A stretch of 45,839 nt of DNA from Kiritimatiellia bacterium (lineage in GTDB: Bacteria; Verrucomicrobiota; Kiritimatiellia; RFP12; UBA1067). Below, piece by piece: positions 41,576 to 45,839 of this stretch; within the stretch, counting starts at the first letter, position 1; each line of letters begins with the position of its first letter. The DNA is taken from the NCBI GenBank assembly GCA_900767325.1, contig CAAFYT010000089.1, forward strand, positions 1-45,839. The letters run 5' to 3'. Position numbers and translations under genes: made by a program. The notes beneath the pieces were generated by a model that was not told where the DNA came from, made no database searches, and saw nothing but the letters and a program-made list of their open reading frames with translations.

Positions 41576-42932
41576 TCCGTTGCGGTCAACTGCCCTTTTA
41601 GCGATTGCGGCGGCCGCGCTCCTATCGGGGTGCCTCTCGTATGATCGGGAAGCCGCCGCGGCGGTGAGTGCCCTCCAGTCCGGCTCCGACCAGACCGCTG
41701 TCAAGTGGGGGATCGAGCTCTCCGAGAGCGCCTTTTCCGAGCGTTTGGGCGAGGTCGAGGCGGGGCGCATCGAGCTTCTCGTCGGAAATGCGCCCGCCGC
41801 AGAGGTCTGGTTTCGGCACGCGATCGACGGCGCCATCGACCGGAGCGAATGCGAACCCCTGATCAAGCTGTGTAGCATCGCGCAGACCGCGCTGGCCTCG
41901 ACGGTGGCGGACGACAGGTCCATCGACTACACGCTCTCTCCCTACGAGATCAACCTGGCTCTCGAGTACGGCATCCTGGCGCAGCTCTTCAACGGCAGGC
42001 GCGAGGATGCGCGCGTCGATGCGCGGCTGTCTGCCTATGTCCAAGATAAGTTGACGAAAACCTACGGAGCCGACCTTGAGAAGCGGCAGTCGACGGACGA
42101 CCAGAAGACGAGCGACGAGACCTCGCGCATCATGACCGACCAGTCGAAGGTTTTGGACGCGATGATCGCGGCGACGCGAAACTCATGGGAGAATCCCGTT
42201 CTCTGGTGGCTGTCGGGCGTTCTATTCGAAGCGGATGGCGATCTGGATGGCGCGGTGCAGTCGTACCGGCGCGCGGCGGCGATTGCGGGGGGAAATCCGG
42301 TGTTCGCGGGCGATCTCAGGCGCGCGGATTCGGGGGGGCGCGCGCCCGACGGTTCCCATGCGCGGCTGGTGGTGATCGCGGAAGACGGCTTCGTGCCGCG
42401 GCGGGCGGCGCTCAAGATACCCCTGCGGATCTATGCCACGATGAGCATCGACATTCCGACCTATGCGAATGCGGCGCCATACCAGGTCAGGCCCGTCGTG
42501 ATCGATGGGCTGGGGGACGAGCGCGACGCCGTGTTTTCGCTCGACGTCCGCGCTTTGGCCGCGCGCGACCTGAAGGAGGATCTCCCCGGGATCATCGTGA
42601 GGAACATCACGCGTGCTGCGCTCAACGTGGGTGTTCAGGCCGCGGGGAAGAACACCGGCAACAGCTATGTGCGGTTGGGCGCCGAGCTCGTCAACCTCGT
42701 GCTGCTCGCGGTGCGTCAGGCCGATACGCGCAGCTGGGTCACCTTGCCAGATGCGCAATACGTGTGGCGCAAGGACGACGTCAAACCAGGCGAGCATCAC
42801 CTCGCGATTTCGGTCGGCTCCTGCACGGGCGAAGTCGACCTTGCGCTTCGCGCGGGCGAGACGGGGATTCTTTGGGTTTCCGCGTGTGGCGCGACGCTGC
42901 GCCACAAGTTCGCGATCATTTCCGGAAAATAA
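41568..42932 (+). CDS. Lipoprotein, COG3014-like (uncharacterised family often linked to YcfL/LpoB)
   Basis: MIDPLRSTALLAIAAAALLSGC has the lipobox LSGC. Helical, TPR-like N-terminal half and beta-rich C-terminal half. 8-nt overlap with the upstream gene. The family call is from memory of gene context. Confidence 0.6.
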   Translation: MIDPLRSTALLAIAAAALLSGCLSYDREAAAAVSALQSGSDQTAVKWGIELSESAFSERLGEVEAGRIELLVGNAPAAEVWFRHAIDGAIDRSECEPLIKLCSIAQTALASTVADDRSIDYTLSPYEINLALEYGILAQLFNGRREDARVDARLSAYVQDKLTKTYGADLEKRQSTDDQKTSDETSRIMTDQSKVLDAMIAATRNSWENPVLWWLSGVLFEADGDLDGAVQSYRRAAAIAGGNPVFAGDLRRADSGGRAPDGSHARLVVIAEDGFVPRRAALKIPLRIYATMSIDIPTYANAAPYQVRPVVIDGLGDERDAVFSLDVRALAARDLKEDLPGIIVRNITRAALNVGVQAAGKNTGNSYVRLGAELVNLVLLAVRQADTRSWVTLPDAQYVWRKDDVKPGEHHLAISVGSCTGEVDLALRAGETGILWVSACGATLRHKFAIISGK

Positions 42933-42948
42933 AGAAAGGAAACAAGGC

Positions 42949-43356
42949 ATGAAGGCGAAGATGGTTTGGGTCGCGGCGCTGGGGTTGCTCGGCGTGTGCG
43001 GGTGCGTGGATACGTCGGGCACGCGGGTCGTGGTCGATACGTCGTCCGGCGAGGCGCGGGTTCTGGAGAATTCGCAGGCCGTGGCGAATCGCGTGAAGGT
43101 GAGGAGCGTGACATATGGCGAGGTCAACTCCGACGGATTCCGCCGCGCGACGATCGTGTTGGAATCGCTGACGAAGAAACGCCTGAATCTGCAGGTCCGC
43201 GTCGTGTGGACGGATGAGGAGGGCACGGAGCTCGAATCCGCTTCCGCGCCCTATCGCACGGTGATCCTTGACGGTCTCGACACCTGCACCGTCACCGGCG
43301 TGGCGCCGAATGCGAAGGGTGTTGCCGCCAAGCTGAACGTGAAGCTTGAGGACTGA
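42949..43356 (+). CDS. YcfL-like (DUF1425) small periplasmic lipoprotein
   Basis: MKAKMVWVAALGLLGVCGC lipobox. A ~115-aa beta-rich body with LNLQVRVVWTDEEGTEL, typical of YcfL-family proteins. It sits directly upstream of an LpoB-like gene, as in E. coli ycfL-lpoB. Confidence 0.65.
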   Translation: MKAKMVWVAALGLLGVCGCVDTSGTRVVVDTSSGEARVLENSQAVANRVKVRSVTYGEVNSDGFRRATIVLESLTKKRLNLQVRVVWTDEEGTELESASAPYRTVILDGLDTCTVTGVAPNAKGVAAKLNVKLED

Positions 43357-43389
43357 CGAACAACCACAAGGAAAAAAGGAGGAAGAAAT

Positions 43390-44028
43390 ATGAAGATCGT
43401 CAAGGTTGCCGCGGCATGCGCGGCGGTTTGGGTTTCGGGGAGCGTGGTGTGTGGCTGCGCGACCGTGGCGAAGGAGACGTCGCTCGACCGTGCCCCCATG
43501 AGCGCGGCATTGGAGCCGCAGGACGTGCGCCGCACGGTCGAGAAGATGGTCGATTCGATGCTGTCCGACGCCGACTTCATCAAGGATGTCGGCGGGGACC
43601 GGCCCGTTCTCGACATCTCGGGCATCAAGAACAATTCGACGATGCACATCAACATGAACATGATCACCTCGTCGATCCGCACCAAGTTGCAGCGCTCGCG
43701 CCTCTTCAGGTTCGTTGACCACACGACGGCGGCGGACGATCTGCAGTTCATGAACGACCAGGCGCTCAACGGGCTGACCAATCAGCGCAAGGCGGTTCGG
43801 GCCGGACAGCAATCTGCCGCGCAGATGTATCTCTACGGCGAGCTCCTCGAGATGCGTCAGGAGGTGGACGATGCGAGCAGCAATCTGCTGCCCGTGACGT
43901 TCTCCTCGACGACCGATCGCTACTTCAAGTTCAACCTGAACCTGAAGGATCTGCGCTCGGGCGAGATCATCTGGAGCGATGAGCAGGAGATCCGCAAGTC
44001 GGAGCACAAGCCCATCCTCGGGCTGTGA
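43390..44028 (+). CDS. lpoB: Penicillin-binding protein activator LpoB-like lipoprotein
   Basis: SD aaaaaggagg, lipobox VVCGC. VRRTVEKMVDSMLSD..., ...PVLDISGIKNNSTMHINMNMITSSIRTKLQRSRLFRFV... and FKFNLNLKDLRSGEIIW match the LpoB/COG3417 pattern. 212 aa, like E. coli LpoB. Confidence 0.75.
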   Translation: MKIVKVAAACAAVWVSGSVVCGCATVAKETSLDRAPMSAALEPQDVRRTVEKMVDSMLSDADFIKDVGGDRPVLDISGIKNNSTMHINMNMITSSIRTKLQRSRLFRFVDHTTAADDLQFMNDQALNGLTNQRKAVRAGQQSAAQMYLYGELLEMRQEVDDASSNLLPVTFSSTTDRYFKFNLNLKDLRSGEIIWSDEQEIRKSEHKPILGL

Positions 44029-44032
44029 GATT

Positions 44033-44518
44033 CTAGATCGCAACGGAAACGCGCTCTGTTTCGGGGAGCGCCTTTTCCAGCGCATCGGGGGACATCGCGG
44101 CGCAGATGCCGCGATGTCCTGCGTTGATGTAGATCTTCGGCAGGTCGAAGATGGTCGATTCGATGTAGACCTTCATCCGCTTGCGCGTGCCGAAGGGCGA
44201 GGTTCCGCCGACATGGTAGCCGGAGTGCCGGTCGGCTGTTTCGGGGGTGCAGGTCTGCACCGTCTTGACGCCGCGGATGCGGGCGAGGCGCTTGGTCGAG
44301 ATTTCGCGGTCACCGTGCATCAGGCAGATGAAGGGCTTCTGGGATTCGTCCTCGAGAATGATGGTCTTGATGATGGCGTGGTGGTCGAGACCGAGTTCGC
44401 GGGCGCATTGGATGGTGCCGCCGTGAAGGGAGAAGTCGTAGGGCAGCAGTGTGAAGTCGATTGAAGCGGCTTTCAGCGTCCGGATGGCCTGCGTCATGGG
44501 GATTGTCGTCGGTTTCAT
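44033..44518 (-). CDS. ybaK: Cys-tRNA(Pro)/Cys-tRNA(Cys) deacylase YbaK
   Basis: 161 aa, TQAIRTLKAASIDFTLLPYD...IIKTIIL...FICLMHGDREISTKRLA...SGYHVGGTSPFG...VYIESTI. This is the YbaK/ProX editing-domain pattern. Confidence 0.9.
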   Translation of the reverse strand: MKPTTIPMTQAIRTLKAASIDFTLLPYDFSLHGGTIQCARELGLDHHAIIKTIILEDESQKPFICLMHGDREISTKRLARIRGVKTVQTCTPETADRHSGYHVGGTSPFGTRKRMKVYIESTIFDLPKIYINAGHRGICAAMSPDALEKALPETERVSVAI

Positions 44519-44525
44519 GGCGGAG

Positions 44526-44555
44526 ATTATAGCATAATTTCCTCTCCGCGGCTAA
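44526..44555 (-). promoter_or_regulatory. Promoter for ybaK (extended -10 TGcTATAAT on the minus strand; weak -35 TTAGCC)
   Basis: The minus strand reads ...aaattaTGcTATAATctccgccATG. TATAAT is the complement of 44526-44531. The ATG (44518-44516) follows after exactly 7 nt, with no SD. Confidence 0.55.
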
Positions 44556-44698
44556 GGCGAAAAAGAGAGTGTGTCCTTTGTAGGTTGGAGGTTGAAGATG
44601 GGAGGTTGAGATTTAGACAGGATTAACAAGATTGACAGGATTGAGGTTGGGGGTGGAGATGGGATTAAGCGAGGACAAAGGCACGGATTGCGGAAATG

Positions 44699-44707
44699 TG
44701 GTACAAT
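44699..44707 (+). promoter_or_regulatory. Possible extended -10 element (TGgTACAAT) for the hydrolase gene
   Basis: TG 44699-44700 and TACAAT 44702-44707. No convincing -35. SD aaggagga 44737-44744 and ATG 44752 lie downstream. Confidence 0.35.
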
Positions 44708-44751
44708 ATCAATTCATTGATTTCCGAGAGTCAACAAGGAGGAGAACTATC

Positions 44752-45651
44752 ATGAAAAAGATGTTTATGCTGGTGGTTGCGGGTGTGATGAACGCGAACG
44801 CAGGGGCGGCTGCCCTTGACAAGTCCTATATTGGAGTCGATCGGCCGGCGGAGGGCGAGGAGAGGATTTCGCGGAGCGAGGCGCTGGTGTTTCGCTCGGG
44901 AGCGGATCGCATCTATGGACAGATTCTCCGGCCGAACAAAGCGTTCGGAAAGGGGCGTCCGGTTGTCATCTTCTGCCACGGGTTCGCCGGGTTTACGCGG
45001 ATGGATGACGTTGCGCATGCGCTTTGCCGCGTCGGATGCGTTGTGCTCGTTCCGCATCATCGCGGCGCGTGGGGAAGCGAGGGCAAGTACACGATCGCCA
45101 ACATCATCGACGATGCGGTCAATCTCGTGGATTACGTCTCGTCGGACGACTTCAGCGCGAAATACGAGACGGATCCGAAGCTGGTCTTCCTCTGCGGCTA
45201 TTCAATGGGCGGGAATACCGTGCTCCATGCTGCGATTCGGCGTCCGCAGGTCTGCGGCGTGATTCTGCAGGCCCCCTGCGACATTGCTTTCTGCATACGC
45301 TCCGCAGTCAAGGCGGAGGCGTTCAAGTTCCTGTGCGACAATGGGCTCGATGTTCTGCGGACGGATGGCGCGGAGGTGCTTTATGGCGAAATCATGGCGG
45401 CGGCGGATCGTCTGAACTTCATGGCTGCTGCGGAGAAGATGAAGGATCGGAACGTGATGCTCGCTGTCGGGCGGTACGATCATGTGGTGCCGCGTGAGCC
45501 GATCGATGCGTTTTGGTCTGCGCTCAATGGGACTGCCTCAGTACGGGTGCGGAAGGACTATCCAACTTCGCATGGCTTCATGGGTGTTCGCATCGCCTTT
45601 GCGTCGGACATCGCCGACTTCATCTTGGCTGTTGAGGGTCGGTTGCGCTGA
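44752..45651 (+). CDS. Secreted alpha/beta hydrolase (dienelactone hydrolase / S9-like)
   Basis: Signal MKKMFMLVVAGVMNANAGAAA, oxyanion region VVIFCHGFAG, nucleophile elbow GYSMGG, and a C-terminal ...YPTSHGF with a candidate catalytic His. Confidence 0.8.
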   Translation: MKKMFMLVVAGVMNANAGAAALDKSYIGVDRPAEGEERISRSEALVFRSGADRIYGQILRPNKAFGKGRPVVIFCHGFAGFTRMDDVAHALCRVGCVVLVPHHRGAWGSEGKYTIANIIDDAVNLVDYVSSDDFSAKYETDPKLVFLCGYSMGGNTVLHAAIRRPQVCGVILQAPCDIAFCIRSAVKAEAFKFLCDNGLDVLRTDGAEVLYGEIMAAADRLNFMAAAEKMKDRNVMLAVGRYDHVVPREPIDAFWSALNGTASVRVRKDYPTSHGFMGVRIAFASDIADFILAVEGRLR

Positions 45652-45674
45652 CGGCGCGCCGCAGTTTTATATTT
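45648..45674 (+). terminator. Putative Rho-independent terminator after the hydrolase gene
   Basis: Stem ctg(a)cgg / ccgcag around the loop cgcg (45648-45664), followed by ttttatattt. The stem is short and has one bulge. Confidence 0.45.
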
Positions 45675-45746
45675 GAGCCCCCACGCGCGGGCGCTGGCGA
45701 TGGTGAAGCACAGTGAAGCGCTGGGGAAAGATTTTAAAATACCCCC

Positions 45747-45776
45747 TTGCGCGGGAGAGGGAGATTATGATATAAT
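45747..45776 (+). promoter_or_regulatory. Sigma70-type promoter pointing off the contig end (-35 TTGCGC, 18-nt spacer, extended -10 TGaTATAAT)
   Basis: TTGCGC 45747-45752, TG 45768-45769, TATAAT 45771-45776. The -10 block is identical to the one at 4761-4769. There is no ORF start in the remaining 63 nt. Confidence 0.55.
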
Positions 45777-45839
45777 ACGCGGCTGTTCGCCCCTGAGGGG
45801 GCGGGCGTCGATCTTTGAAAACGGATGCTTGAGAGAAAA

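Noticed and set aside
44026-44035. Convergent lpoB-like and ybaK stops only 4 nt apart, with no room for terminators
   Set aside because: It is real in the sequence, but a common arrangement. Without transcript data there is nothing specific to claim.
40274-44751. Upstream extensions in the ORF track for the PEGA (40274), COG3014-like (41400), YcfL-like (42613) and hydrolase (44632) genes
   Set aside because: In each case an internal ATG preceded by an SD, or overlapping the previous stop, gives a clean signal peptide or lipobox. The extensions overlap upstream genes or the C-depleted intergenic tract.
45780-45839. Possible tmRNA/tRNA/other small RNA 5' end (gagggggcgggcgtcgatc...)
   Set aside because: There is only vague resemblance to the tmRNA 5' GGGG...TCGAC pattern, and no tRNA-like D/T-arm motifs. 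The sequence is too short (contig end) to judge.
1-45839. Scan for CRISPR arrays, IS elements/transposases, integrases, phage genes, toxin-antitoxin pairs or known defence systems
   Set aside because: I saw no regularly spaced direct repeats, no inverted terminal repeats flanking an ORF, and no DDE/tyrosine-recombinase/defence-type motifs in any credible ORF.

Overview
High-GC bacterial contig. 27 of 28 protein genes are on the + strand. I saw no rRNA, tRNA, CRISPR array, transposase or integrase. All family calls come from motif recognition by eye, with no searches run, so treat names as hypotheses. Gene order: (1) a 21-nt Illumina adapter remnant at the contig edge; (2) a housekeeping and sialic-acid block: 5'-truncated N-acetylneuraminate lyase, AGE-family epimerase, ruvC, a chorismate-mutase/NUDIX fusion with no canonical start codon, rsmI, PflX-like radical SAM; (3) a ~24-kb block (4779-29087) of three giant signal-peptide proteins (941, 2826 and ~4185 aa) built from LamG-like, DUF2341, lamin-tail, Listeria-Bacteroides-repeat and thrombospondin-type-3 (TSP3) modules, with a small lipoprotein between the second and third; (4) ackA-pta-kpsF; (5) a five-gene cluster that matches the order of the Akkermansia Amuc_1102..Amuc_1098 pilus-like locus: secreted protein, PilM-PilN fusion, Amuc_1100-like, Amuc_1099-like with zinc ribbon plus TSP3 pair, 1066-aa secretin; (6) an envelope module: GxQIGxVN-repeat protein, PEGA protein, COG3014-like, YcfL-like and LpoB-like lipoproteins; (7) ybaK (the only minus-strand gene), a secreted alpha/beta hydrolase, a terminator, and an orphan promoter pointing off the contig end. 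The best candidate for an undescribed system is the giant LamG/TSP3 protein array, which is co-oriented and tightly packed with the PilMN/Amuc_1100/secretin apparatus; that apparatus has no ATPase, platform protein, pilin or prepilin peptidase in this window. A second recurring signal is a set of AT-rich TTGnnn-N17/18-(TGn)TAtAAT promoter islands. Three of them sit 7-9 nt upstream of an ATG with no Shine-Dalgarno, which suggests leaderless mRNAs. The content (sialic-acid genes, Amuc_1100-type cluster, giant proteins) suggests a host-associated PVC-superphylum organism, but that is inference only.
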